Below are positions 49,935 to 60,735 of a stretch of DNA of 64,000 nt, piece by piece. Within the stretch, counting starts at the first letter, position 1, and every line of letters begins with the position of its first letter. Origin of the DNA: an uncultured virus (IMG/VR IMGVR_UViG_3300022856_000004) (taxonomy: Duplodnaviria > Heunggongvirae > Uroviricota > Caudoviricetes); the IMG/VR virus record IMGVR_UViG_3300022856_000004; one strand, given 5' to 3'. Below the pieces are notes generated by a model. That model was not told the DNA's origin, did no database searches, and saw nothing but the letters and a program-made list of their open reading frames with translations. A program made the position numbers and the translations under genes.

Positions 49935-51344
49935 TTAATATTCTAAGTTTAATGTTATATGTAACTCTTCATTGAAATTCTTTTTTATTGGTTGACTAAA
50001 CTTGCCAATCGCAAGTAAATCATGTCTATCATTATATAACCCAATCGAAGTTACATATGTAATTGGATTATTTATAAATGTTTGTTGTGTTAATTCACCT
50101 ATAGTACCAGATGCATAAGTTGGATTATTACTAAAGTTATATTGGCTTGATTCTACGTGGATGAAATAATGATTCTTTGTTATTGTTTTTGATGATCTAG
50201 CATCAAACGGATATAATGTACTCCTATCAGTTGTAGCTATAGATGATCCTGATATTGATGTGAATAATTTATAAGCATTATCACCATCTATATTAGAACC
50301 AGTTGAAGTTCCAAAGTTTAATTTTGAATCTAATACTCTACCATCAAGAACTATAATTCCTAATTTTGGATATACTTTACCCCATTCTTCATCTGAAATT
50401 ATTCCATTGGATATAGTTCCATTTACAACTGAATATTCGTTCAAATCACCATACTCTTCTGATATTATTTGATCCGAATCCATACTATTGTCAATCAAAG
50501 TATATAATGTAGAGCCAGTTGCAACACTTAACTCATTTCCAAAGTTTATATCTAAATTCGTAGATCCTGATAATTCAGTTAATGATAATTGCCAGTTACC
50601 TGGATCAAGTTTATCTTTATATGTATCCCTATTAAAATTAATAACATATATATAATCTGTTACCGATCCTGATATTGTGAATTTATTACCATATTCTAAA
50701 CACATTAATTTGTATTGACTATATATTGCTTTTGATGGTGAATCGTTAGTTTGACCACCACCAGAGTAACTACCACTACCATTCGCATGACCGAATGCAA
50801 CTGAAAATACGGTAGTTATGTCACTTGATAATTTCTTCACACCATAATAGTATTGTTTGCTTGTTGTTGATTGTAATGATTGAGTGTAAAATGTATATAA
50901 TGAACCAGTATTATTATCCCAAATTTCATCCGTATGTATTTTAGACACTTCATTGGATATATCATCTGAGTTTATTTTAGTATAAATATATGATGTTGGT
51001 AACACAGGTAAACCACCAGCACCACCAATATAATAAGCTATAGATTTGCCATTAATATCAGTTACACCATTACCACCTTGTAAATTACTAATCCACCAAT
51101 CATTCAATACATTTGTGTGTTGTGTTGATGGAAATTTAGCACTTTTTTTAGTACCATCACCATGAATATCGTAATACTCCAATATTTCAGGAAACGCATT
51201 TGTACTTAAATCGTATTGACCAGTTTCAAATGTTATAAATTTAACACCACCCACATCGAATGATCTGTATGTTCCTGGACCATCTATAGATATAAAATCT
51301 TGGTTTATAGCTGATGGGTTTGCGTATGCACTATATAATTCCAT
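49935..51344 (-). CDS. Baseplate family paralogue
   Basis: PSKAIYSQYK, LDPGNW, NFSNNPTY and TYVTSIGLYN motifs. Confidence 0.7.
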   Translation of the reverse strand: MELYSAYANPSAINQDFISIDGPGTYRSFDVGGVKFITFETGQYDLSTNAFPEILEYYDIHGDGTKKSAKFPSTQHTNVLNDWWISNLQGGNGVTDINGKSIAYYIGGAGGLPVLPTSYIYTKINSDDISNEVSKIHTDEIWDNNTGSLYTFYTQSLQSTTSKQYYYGVKKLSSDITTVFSVAFGHANGSGSYSGGGQTNDSPSKAIYSQYKLMCLEYGNKFTISGSVTDYIYVINFNRDTYKDKLDPGNWQLSLTELSGSTNLDINFGNELSVATGSTLYTLIDNSMDSDQIISEEYGDLNEYSVVNGTISNGIISDEEWGKVYPKLGIIVLDGRVLDSKLNFGTSTGSNIDGDNAYKLFTSISGSSIATTDRSTLYPFDARSSKTITKNHYFIHVESSQYNFSNNPTYASGTIGELTQQTFINNPITYVTSIGLYNDRHDLLAIGKFSQPIKKNFNEELHITLNLEY

Positions 51345-51355
51345 TTAATATCTAC

Positions 51356-52000
51356 TTATAATATTTGAGTGTATTTTTTTACTGTTAATTGTATCGTTTT
51401 CCTACCACCAGTTTCATTAGCTATGAATGTTAGTGTTGTCGTTTTATCAACTAATAATTGCTTAGCTGTTATTTTGAATTCTTTACCAACAACATAAGTT
51501 GATCTTGCATATTGACCATCACCTAAATATCTAGCCAATGTAGGTGTTACTTGACTACCGTTACCAGAAGATGATATTGTAGCAATGTCATTATTGTGTA
51601 ATATAGCTGTATATCCAAGTGTATTATTACCACCTGTGTATTGTGCTAAGTCTGGTTTTATTGTTATATTACCACCAACAGAGATTTCAACTGTAGATCC
51701 ATAACCAGGTAATGTTACCGTAGGTATATATTTTGTATTTCTAGGTAAAGTAACCAATTTATACTTCATCATTTGAGTTTCATCAGGAACAGCTTCAGTT
51801 ATAGGCATATTCTCAATGATAATACCATAATAATCACTCCCTAATGGGTGTGCTGGGTTCCATAGTGAATAATCAATTTCGTCATCTGCCAATGCAAATT
51901 GAGTAATATTAAATTCACTTCTACCTAATGATAGTAATTCTCTTCCTTTTTTTGTTAGGGTACAATCCACAGTTACACTGCTACCATCTAAATATCCCAT
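51356..52000 (-). CDS. Virion structural protein (tail-collar/baseplate-like)
   Basis: LTKKGRELL...ITQFALADDEIDY motif. Confidence 0.65.
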   Translation of the reverse strand: MGYLDGSSVTVDCTLTKKGRELLSLGRSEFNITQFALADDEIDYSLWNPAHPLGSDYYGIIIENMPITEAVPDETQMMKYKLVTLPRNTKYIPTVTLPGYGSTVEISVGGNITIKPDLAQYTGGNNTLGYTAILHNNDIATISSSGNGSQVTPTLARYLGDGQYARSTYVVGKEFKITAKQLLVDKTTTLTFIANETGGRKTIQLTVKKYTQIL

Positions 52001-52094
52001 CTCTATTCCTTTTAAATTTTGTTATTTAATACTATAATTAAAAAACATTTCACATATAAATATAATTTACTTTCAAAAAAACTTACATTTTATG

Positions 52095-53912
52095 TTATGA
52101 TTCTGCATCTTCATTGAAAACATCATCAGCTATATCAAACTCTTCAATTACAGGCTTATTATCTGGTGTAGGGTATGAATAATTATTATTCGGTATATCT
52201 AATAATTTACACCCATTATAATTTCTATTGTTTGTTGGTGTTGTATAAATTCTTTTTATCTCTGAACTCTCAGTTGTGTATGATGAATAACTACCATTAT
52301 AAATATCAACGTCACTATCAAATATATATTGTCTATTATCATAATATCCATCAATAGTATAAGAAGATATATCTTCAATTACACAATCAGTTATTTGTTC
52401 GGAATTACTAATGTAAACCCAGTCACTACCATCCCAAACCAAATTAGTTCTATTATATACACTTGTAATTGGAGAAACCCTATCAAAATCCAAATCAAAT
52501 TTATAAGTTAAACCAGTAGTTATTCTATTTGGTATTGAATTTATTATGTTAGCTGTATAATTAACATTTTCAATTTCAATTATATTGGTTATACCTATAA
52601 GGTCAGTTTTTATATCATTGGGTATATCACTCTCTATAATGTCAACTGATAGCTTTAGGTCTATATCTGTAGTTTTAATTTCATTTGATATTGACTTATA
52701 TAATCTTTGTTTTGAACGTTCTAATACACTTGGTTCATGTAGAATACCTAATAAGTTATCACCTCTAGCTGGTAAAACCTGTTTTATTTGTTGAAATACA
52801 CTATAATCAAATAACTTCAATATGTTATAATATGCTTCAGCTGAGTTTACTTGTGAGTATTTCTTCCAATATTCATTAGTGAATGTTTCCAATTCATTAT
52901 AATAATCACGATTTATGTCTTCTGGATTACCTATATAATCGTCTATAGAGAAATAACCAGTATGTGCAAATATATCATCATTTATTATATCAGTTGGGCT
53001 CAGTGCTATTCTAATTTTATTAGATGGTATTTCATATCTAGTTTCATTTGAATTTTCAACACTCTTATCTGGGTTTAAGTCGGATAGTAACTCTGTACTG
53101 ACAAACTCAATTTTATTACTATCATATATATTTGGACCATAATCAGGTGTATATTGATAGTATGTTTCTTGTGATGAATTATAATCTAATGAGCTTAGTC
53201 CATTTGGAGTTGCTCTATTTATATAACCATCAGTAGTTGTATTTACATCTTTATTGGGATGAATAGAATTTATATATGACCCATTATCAATATTAACATC
53301 TACATCATTCAATGGTATTCTGGAAATCAAATCATAATATGATGATGTTGGATTGTTACCAGCGTATGATTCACCATTAAGAACATGTTGTTCCTTAATA
53401 TCATCATTTAAACGTTTATGCCATAACCTAGTTTCTTGTATATAACCACTAAAATAATTAGTATTTATTGGGTTATTTGCGTATGCTACATATAAAGTGT
53501 TATCTACATTCCAACTATCATTATAAGCACTAAACTCAGACCCAACACTACCATTTATATATATACCTATAGAATTATTATAAGTTATAACTCCATTTTT
53601 TTGCTTTAGTAAATGTATATTATAATTTTGATCTATCTGTGAATCATCATCAAATTCAGTTCTTTCTATAAATAATTGATTAAATTCACTATCGAATAAA
53701 TGACTACCTGATAACGAAGTTGATGTATAAGTAGAACCACTACGAATATATAAATTTATATTTCCTTGTGTAGTGTAATCACCAATATGCTCCAACTCGA
53801 CTATCAAATTTGTAGACGTAGAGTTACCTAATTGTAACAATGTCTCATTTGGATTTGATGGTGATGAGTGTTTGAACCTAATTTCTATTGTATCTGGATA
53901 GCGATTTGACAA
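52095..53912 (-). CDS. Baseplate protein with LamG-like N-terminal region
   Basis: FSGYIQETRLW and KQVLPAR motifs. TTG start with AGGA upstream. Confidence 0.6.
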   Translation of the reverse strand: MSNRYPDTIEIRFKHSSPSNPNETLLQLGNSTSTNLIVELEHIGDYTTQGNINLYIRSGSTYTSTSLSGSHLFDSEFNQLFIERTEFDDDSQIDQNYNIHLLKQKNGVITYNNSIGIYINGSVGSEFSAYNDSWNVDNTLYVAYANNPINTNYFSGYIQETRLWHKRLNDDIKEQHVLNGESYAGNNPTSSYYDLISRIPLNDVDVNIDNGSYINSIHPNKDVNTTTDGYINRATPNGLSSLDYNSSQETYYQYTPDYGPNIYDSNKIEFVSTELLSDLNPDKSVENSNETRYEIPSNKIRIALSPTDIINDDIFAHTGYFSIDDYIGNPEDINRDYYNELETFTNEYWKKYSQVNSAEAYYNILKLFDYSVFQQIKQVLPARGDNLLGILHEPSVLERSKQRLYKSISNEIKTTDIDLKLSVDIIESDIPNDIKTDLIGITNIIEIENVNYTANIINSIPNRITTGLTYKFDLDFDRVSPITSVYNRTNLVWDGSDWVYISNSEQITDCVIEDISSYTIDGYYDNRQYIFDSDVDIYNGSYSSYTTESSEIKRIYTTPTNNRNYNGCKLLDIPNNNYSYPTPDNKPVIEEFDIADDVFNEDAES

Positions 53913-53920
53913 TTTAATTC

Positions 53921-55927
53921 CTAATTTTCTTCAAATTGATCCCATGGTATAGTAATATACTTATTACTTCCAAATTTAACTGAATATGTGTATTTATCAA
54001 ATTCATGTATTGATTTACGATTTGTTTTCGTAGTTGTACCGGAATATTCAATTGGTTTTAGTATCGTCGATGGTATACCATATGTATTTATTATAGACTC
54101 CACTCCACGTGCAGTACCCTTTGACTTATAAATATAAGGTAGGTTGTTTAATATACGTCTCCATATTTCGTGTGTTCTATCCTTATCAGATTTGGTTACT
54201 AATCCATCTCGTTCTGGTTGTAATTTAGAATCTCCAGTTGTAACCCCAAGCTCATTTTTACCTATACTTGAATTAACACTACCATTAGACAATATCCAAC
54301 CGAAATTTTTAGTTACATCATATAACATCTTATCTGGGAATGATTGTAATTGATTATGTTCTCGTGTATTAAACCTAGATAGGTGTGTTATGTATGACCA
54401 TAAAATATCAAAATGATGTGATGTCATATCTATAAATTTAATATAATCATCATTGTATGTATTCATTAATATATATTCAGGTATAGTTTGTCTTAAAGAA
54501 TATATATTATTTTTATCATATTCTTCTGCTACAGCTAAATTCTGTCGTAACCAAGATACAGAATATTCATCTATTGAACTTGCAATTGTATATGGATATA
54601 CTTGATAGAACGTCTCGGTACCGCCATTTTTACCCCAATAAATAACAGATTGGTTCCATACGTCAGACCAAACATCCCAGTTTGATTGCTCTGGATATTC
54701 AAATGTTGTATCTGGTTTTGGGTATGGATTTATTTTACCAATTATACCTTGAAATACATAACCATCATATGTTGTCTCTGGTAATGGTGGTGAGAAATAT
54801 AACCACTTCTCAAAATCATCAAATTCACTTATTATTTGATTCTTGGACTTGATATACTTATCATTTGTATCTCCGACGTTACCAACTAAACTATCAACTG
54901 TAGATATTAAAGAATCATAACCCTCTATTTTTTTTACTTTAGTATAGAAGTTTTTTATTCTAATGGTTAGATTAGAATAATGTGTGAATTGAGTTGGATC
55001 CGAATAATCTATATTTGAACGTATAGTATTTATATCTGATGATAAACTATCTAGTATTTTTTGAGTTGATGATAAATTTATATTAAGTATATCATCCCAA
55101 GATGTATATTGAGTTTCAGATCTTATTGTGTAATCAGTTTCAATATCAAAATTTGGACCAGACATACAATTATAAGTTTTTGCATCTGGTGAATCACTTA
55201 ATGTGAATGTTTCTATGTTTGGATCTAGCATTTGTATAGTTAGAAAACATTTAGAACCAACGTCAATTTTTTCATTTAATGGGTCTAATAGCTTAATTAT
55301 ACATTCATTGTCTAAATCTTCAATATAATTGATAGCTAAATACAAATCATTATTACCAAAATTAACTAATATCTTTGGTAGTTCATTAGGTCGATTCCTA
55401 ACATATTTTTGTAAAAAATCTTTATCATATTGATTAAATAATTTAGTATCAAATCCAGATTCTAATCTTACTCTTATCTCTCTTCTACTTGGTGATATTT
55501 CTCTAATATACATCTTTTTATCGGATAGATATGACCCTACTATATCCCTATGAAAGTTATATACTATTTTTAATGGTAAATTTCTATAATTGAATATAGA
55601 CATATCACTATATACATCAAGAGATATTACTTTTTTATTGGCTGTTCTATAATAATATGATCTTGGATCAATAGTATCTTCTATAGACCAAGTCTCAACT
55701 TTATGATTGCCATTTACATAATACCCATCAACACTATATAGATGTAATTCAACAATATCATTATAGTATTTGTTACTACTACCTGGAACTAACTCACCAA
55801 GTCCAAAATTTGTATCTACCAGTGATTTAATTAATAATGATTCATCTGATTCAGATAATAATTTACCTCGTTGTTGAGATTTAGTATCTATTATATTCTC
55901 TGGATTTTTATATTGTTCTAATGACAT
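53921..55927 (-). CDS. Baseplate wedge protein (gp7/P2 gpI-like motif near the C-terminus)
   Basis: IWRRILNNLPYIYKSKGT.RG..S.I..YG motif. Confidence 0.65.
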   Translation of the reverse strand: MSLEQYKNPENIIDTKSQQRGKLLSESDESLLIKSLVDTNFGLGELVPGSSNKYYNDIVELHLYSVDGYYVNGNHKVETWSIEDTIDPRSYYYRTANKKVISLDVYSDMSIFNYRNLPLKIVYNFHRDIVGSYLSDKKMYIREISPSRREIRVRLESGFDTKLFNQYDKDFLQKYVRNRPNELPKILVNFGNNDLYLAINYIEDLDNECIIKLLDPLNEKIDVGSKCFLTIQMLDPNIETFTLSDSPDAKTYNCMSGPNFDIETDYTIRSETQYTSWDDILNINLSSTQKILDSLSSDINTIRSNIDYSDPTQFTHYSNLTIRIKNFYTKVKKIEGYDSLISTVDSLVGNVGDTNDKYIKSKNQIISEFDDFEKWLYFSPPLPETTYDGYVFQGIIGKINPYPKPDTTFEYPEQSNWDVWSDVWNQSVIYWGKNGGTETFYQVYPYTIASSIDEYSVSWLRQNLAVAEEYDKNNIYSLRQTIPEYILMNTYNDDYIKFIDMTSHHFDILWSYITHLSRFNTREHNQLQSFPDKMLYDVTKNFGWILSNGSVNSSIGKNELGVTTGDSKLQPERDGLVTKSDKDRTHEIWRRILNNLPYIYKSKGTARGVESIINTYGIPSTILKPIEYSGTTTKTNRKSIHEFDKYTYSVKFGSNKYITIPWDQFEEN

Positions 55928-56814
55928 TAACCACTCTCCCCAAAATTAATATCATCATCGACAGAATCGTCGAATGTATCAGTTTCATCACTATTATCAA
56001 TATCCTTATTACCCTTACTATTCTCAATAGCAGATTTTATAAGTTGTGGTATAGCATCCAATTGTAATTGTTGTAACGAATCCAAACTTTCATTCATAGC
56101 CAACTTAACAGCTATATCATTTATGGAATTCTGTACGTTTGTTAATTGATCTGTATTTCCATTTGTTATTTGATCCACTACAGAATCATAATTATCTTCT
56201 AATGATTTTATAGTTTCTGTTAATTCAGATACTATATTTTTATTCTGTATTAATTCTTCATCTTTAGATTGCAATGAAGATTTTAAATCGGCTATAGTAA
56301 TCATTAGATTTTTTATTTGCAAGTTTAAGTCTGGTGTGTATGGTTTTACGTTTGACTTCAACTCTATTATATCTGTATTTATAACATTTTTTATAGATTG
56401 CAAATCATACACCACATTTATATTTGTCATATATAATTTTTGTGTTGTGTTCTTAGAGCTATCTATATTCAAAACAACACTTCCATTAGAAGCCCTATCA
56501 ATATCAAATTTAGTTGGTTGTGTTTGTTCTATAGTTTGATTATTAATTGTATTGTTTGTATCTATATGTTCCATTATAGAATTACCACCTAATACACTAC
56601 GTATAAGGTATAACCTAACGTCTTCTATTGTAAGTTGTGGTCTTTCACCACTATCACTTATAATTTGAAACACATCAATCGAACTACTCTCTATATCATC
56701 TAAATTAATTAGGTCATTAGTTATACTATCAAATAAAGTTGTAATTTCAATAGATGAAAATTGATAACCAGGTACCAACTCATTCAATCTAGAATATAAT
56801 AACTCTATATTCAC
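55927..56814 (-). CDS. Hypothetical coiled-coil protein (GTG start)
   Basis: 295-aa ORF with stop/start overlaps on both sides. Confidence 0.7.
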   Translation of the reverse strand: MNIELLYSRLNELVPGYQFSSIEITTLFDSITNDLINLDDIESSSIDVFQIISDSGERPQLTIEDVRLYLIRSVLGGNSIMEHIDTNNTINNQTIEQTQPTKFDIDRASNGSVVLNIDSSKNTTQKLYMTNINVVYDLQSIKNVINTDIIELKSNVKPYTPDLNLQIKNLMITIADLKSSLQSKDEELIQNKNIVSELTETIKSLEDNYDSVVDQITNGNTDQLTNVQNSINDIAVKLAMNESLDSLQQLQLDAIPQLIKSAIENSKGNKDIDNSDETDTFDDSVDDDINFGESG

Positions 56815-57911
56815 TATTTAACCACCTTAAATATAAATTCATTATCATATATAAGATCTTCATCGTTATAATCTACTAATATTGATATTTTATAAAACCT
56901 ATTTAGCATAAAATTATCAGTTCTTAGGTAAAAATAATTTCCATTCTCATCACAGCTTATTTTAGTATTACTTGTATCGAAATCAATAATCACATCATCA
57001 GTTATATAATCTGATATTTGATAATATGATGAACTAGGCATATAATAGTCGTTAGTGTATCCAGATTGAGTTGTAAACGTTCTACTTGGATATTTCAATC
57101 TAGACTTAACATAAACCTTATCTATCTCCCCATTTCTATATTTCTTCTTGTTTATTGGATATACAATTATATCCTTATCAGTTGGTATAGGATTTAAACT
57201 TCCAGTTACAAATACTGAATCGTCGTATTTGAATTTCAATACTGGGGGATAAATAGTATTACTTTCTAATGAAAAGAAACTCAATTTTCCTTGATACTCA
57301 TCACTAGTTTCAGATTGTAATGTTCGTTTTAATATCAATCCATTATTATTTATAGAACCAGATAGCCATTTATCAACTGTATATGTAATATCTAAATTTA
57401 TATCTGAACTATTGTAGTTATATATTTGCTCGGTTAATAATGAACCAGTTTCTATAAAATACCAATTTGCCCCACCAACACTATCAAAATATGAACATGT
57501 TACGTTTGTAGGTAAATTATCAACTGACCAAGTTGTAGCATTAGAACTACCATCTCTATATTTCCAAGAAACACCATTCTTTATTTTTGGTGAATCTGAT
57601 ATTCTACCAGTTCCCATATCCCATGATTCATATACAGGATAACATTCTATAGAATATCTAATAGGTATTTCTTGTGTTAAAGATGAATATAATTGCAAAC
57701 TACAAGTGTAATTACCTGGGAAAACACCACTATCAACATTTAACTTTATTTCATTAATTGATGCAGAAAAATCTATTAGTGTTCTACTAACAGAAAGTTC
57801 ATTGTCTATGTTAACATGTGATATTTCAAGTGACGCATCTGTACCTGAATTAGCATCTATGTAATTTTCATACATAGTAGAATCCTTATCAGGATAAAAT
57901 AATATAATCAT
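56814..57911 (-). CDS. Virion protein with DNRLRE/CBM96-like domain
   Basis: KDSTMYE...N.G, RTLIDF, ESWDMG.G, DIT..V..W..G...NNGLILK and FFS.ES...PP.L motifs. Confidence 0.6.
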   Translation of the reverse strand: MIILFYPDKDSTMYENYIDANSGTDASLEISHVNIDNELSVSRTLIDFSASINEIKLNVDSGVFPGNYTCSLQLYSSLTQEIPIRYSIECYPVYESWDMGTGRISDSPKIKNGVSWKYRDGSSNATTWSVDNLPTNVTCSYFDSVGGANWYFIETGSLLTEQIYNYNSSDINLDITYTVDKWLSGSINNNGLILKRTLQSETSDEYQGKLSFFSLESNTIYPPVLKFKYDDSVFVTGSLNPIPTDKDIIVYPINKKKYRNGEIDKVYVKSRLKYPSRTFTTQSGYTNDYYMPSSSYYQISDYITDDVIIDFDTSNTKISCDENGNYFYLRTDNFMLNRFYKISILVDYNDEDLIYDNEFIFKVVK

Positions 57912-58366
57912 TAACTAACCCACCAAAAATATCCAAACATTCTAACCGCAATATACATCATACGTCTTTTAACTTTAGAAACCCCAAGCTCTCTAAGCAT
58001 CCTACAAAATAATCGATCAGCATCCCTACGATTCCAATTTCTTTCTTCTGGCTCCCATCTACTATTACCAAATCTAGTTTGTATATTATTTTTTAATATA
58101 CCTTTATGTTTATAAATATAATCATGTATTAGACTTGCTGGTCTATGTATACCATCTGGATATATATCAATTAAACTCCATAATAACCTAGGTACCGAAG
58201 TACCATCATAATAGAATCCATTAACAACTGTTATTTTAAATGTAGATTTATTATATCTCCAAATATACGAATAATCACCTCTAAGTAAATAGTGACTCTT
58301 ATCATCCATCGGTATTATATCTGGTTGATCTGGAAAGGTTAAATTTATATCTTCTTTATGTATCAT
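57911..58366 (-). CDS. DUF1353-like protein
   Basis: DGTSVPR, ASLIHDYIY, ADRLF and MYIAVR.FG motifs. Confidence 0.8.
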   Translation of the reverse strand: MIHKEDINLTFPDQPDIIPMDDKSHYLLRGDYSYIWRYNKSTFKITVVNGFYYDGTSVPRLLWSLIDIYPDGIHRPASLIHDYIYKHKGILKNNIQTRFGNSRWEPEERNWNRRDADRLFCRMLRELGVSKVKRRMMYIAVRMFGYFWWVS

Positions 58367-60243
58367 ATACTAATAGTCCTACCTTTAATATCCGTGTTAG
58401 GATATTTTATTTCAAATATACTTGGATCCATAGATGGATATATAATTCCTTCTCGTGTAGAATTAGCTATATCATACATATTATCTGCATATCCTAAATC
58501 AGAACCATATAGGTTCTTTATAGTTACATCCGATACTGTCTGTACACCATCAACTCTATCCAAAGCAACATACAATGAATTTATTGATATTGGTTGGTTT
58601 AAATTCCACTTATCAATATCAAATATATCTCGTAATTTACTTATACAATTTGATATGACTTCATATGAATTGTATTCTGGTAAGGTTATTATCTTAAAAT
58701 CAATACCTATATTTATTATATAAGCATGCTTAATGGATATACTATCCGATAATATCTTATAAAAACCTATATATTTCTTTAAATTTTCTATTGTAGCAAC
58801 ATTAAGATGTGTTAAATTTTTATTACCATCATATCCCAACACATACATATCTATATTTAGTGGGTTATACTTATATTGATAATCATCTGAATCTGTATCT
58901 ACATTACCAGAAACAACGTGTACCTTTGATATAGATCCATATATAGATGGCATTGAATATGCTCTGATAGCGTAATCTTCTAATGTAACAGTTCTATTTT
59001 GAGTTGCAAAGTTTGACATGGCTTTTTGTCTAATTTCATCTAATCCATCAACATCTTTACCACCTGTAGCTGGAAACTCATTATTGAATGATATTGATTG
59101 TTTAGCTATTCTAACCAGTTCAGAATCTAATCCTACTTCATCTATAGTTGTATTTACATAACCTTTTAATTTTATACTATTTGATTGTACATTATCCTTA
59201 ATACCATTACCAGTTGTATACCTAATTGTTAATGTTGTATTACTAGGAGCCAAACCATATGTCTTTGTATATAAAAAATTAGTTGGGTCTATATTTAGAT
59301 TTCCGTTTTTATCAGCATCAAATAATTGTGATCCTATATTTGTAGGATTAGGTATTATATTTTCATCATCTTCTTCTGATATACCAGAACCGAAATTTAA
59401 TTGTAAATCACCATTACTCTTAAAATTAGTGGTGAAACGTTTAGCTACTTTTTTAAAATTTAATAGATATGGTGTTCCCGATGTTCTGTATGGTGACATA
59501 GATGGGTTATTACGTTCTATATTCTGCACTGGCTCCATTACTATATTCTGAGCTAGATAAGGAACTTCATACCACTTGTTACCATCACTATCATATACAT
59601 CAACTATAGATATTATATTAGTATCGGTTATAGTATATTTATCATACTGAACTGGACTTGAAAATGTAACTACTTCAGTATGTAATTTACCACTTACAGC
59701 CCTAACCCTTTTCTTTAATGTATAAAATAATGGTTCGTTTGTATTATCGTCTGTTCTATGAACAGTAACTTCGGTTGTGTCAAATGAGCTAGAATATGAA
59801 AAATCTACTATATCAATAGTTCTGAACTCTACATCAGTATTATCTTCTGATTTAACTATTGAATTTGCATTTACTATTATAGAATAATTAAAATCTGGTC
59901 TTACGTCACCACCACTACCAATTGATGGTATTAATTGATATACATCCAAATCAACTATAGATGGATATACATTATTAACTCTATACCCACGTGTCAAAGC
60001 TATATCATATACACTTTGCCTATTAGTTGCATACTGCAACATAGATTCTTTTAATGTTTCATCCGTGTAAAATGATAAAACGTCACCAACATAAGATGCC
60101 ATTTCTATATACAACATACCAGGTGAAGATTCATTAAAATCTTGATATGTATCTGGAAAATAAGTCTTAGAAAATTGTATTAATTTACTTCTAAAATGAT
60201 TAAAATCCTTATTTACATATTGTATATCTTTTTTTGAAGCCAT
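58363..60243 (-). CDS. Baseplate wedge subunit (T4 gp6 / gpJ-like)
   Basis: DFNESSPG, YVGDVLSFY and QNRTVTLEDY motifs. Confidence 0.9.
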   Translation of the reverse strand: MASKKDIQYVNKDFNHFRSKLIQFSKTYFPDTYQDFNESSPGMLYIEMASYVGDVLSFYTDETLKESMLQYATNRQSVYDIALTRGYRVNNVYPSIVDLDVYQLIPSIGSGGDVRPDFNYSIIVNANSIVKSEDNTDVEFRTIDIVDFSYSSSFDTTEVTVHRTDDNTNEPLFYTLKKRVRAVSGKLHTEVVTFSSPVQYDKYTITDTNIISIVDVYDSDGNKWYEVPYLAQNIVMEPVQNIERNNPSMSPYRTSGTPYLLNFKKVAKRFTTNFKSNGDLQLNFGSGISEEDDENIIPNPTNIGSQLFDADKNGNLNIDPTNFLYTKTYGLAPSNTTLTIRYTTGNGIKDNVQSNSIKLKGYVNTTIDEVGLDSELVRIAKQSISFNNEFPATGGKDVDGLDEIRQKAMSNFATQNRTVTLEDYAIRAYSMPSIYGSISKVHVVSGNVDTDSDDYQYKYNPLNIDMYVLGYDGNKNLTHLNVATIENLKKYIGFYKILSDSISIKHAYIINIGIDFKIITLPEYNSYEVISNCISKLRDIFDIDKWNLNQPISINSLYVALDRVDGVQTVSDVTIKNLYGSDLGYADNMYDIANSTREGIIYPSMDPSIFEIKYPNTDIKGRTISI

Positions 60244-60716
60244 TATAAGTTTCCTGAAATGTTTATTTTGCCATTACTATCAGCAAATAAAGTTAATGTT
60301 CTGTAGTTATTAGCATTTGTATCTATTATAAATGATAATTCTATGTAAATTCCATTTTTTAACATATTTGTTTTATTGATTGAACTTGTATTAGAAACAC
60401 CAATATCAAGAACTTTTATGCCTGGTAGCCATGTATTTATAGCTTTATTTATAGTATTTCTAACTCTTTCTACTAATTCATTAGAATAATTCTCAAATAA
60501 TATCCTGCGTAGATCGGTTCCGAATGTTGGGTGATTATAACGTTCACCAACACCAGTTAATAATAAATTTACTAAATTATAATATAATTGCTGTTCTGTA
60601 GTATCAGTTAAAGAAAATAAAGCCTTTCCATTACCATAAGGTAACTTCAGACCTATAGTTTTGTTATTATTAACATCATTAGGTAAAACTATATACTTTA
60701 TACGTTCAGTAGCCAA
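60243..60716 (-). CDS. Baseplate gp25-like sheath initiator
   Basis: NLLLT..GER...P.FGTDL..ILFE motif. Confidence 0.9.
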   Translation of the reverse strand: MATERIKYIVLPNDVNNNKTIGLKLPYGNGKALFSLTDTTEQQLYYNLVNLLLTGVGERYNHPTFGTDLRRILFENYSNELVERVRNTINKAINTWLPGIKVLDIGVSNTSSINKTNMLKNGIYIELSFIIDTNANNYRTLTLFADSNGKINISGNL

Positions 60717-60735
60717 TTAAATTACCATTTATTCA

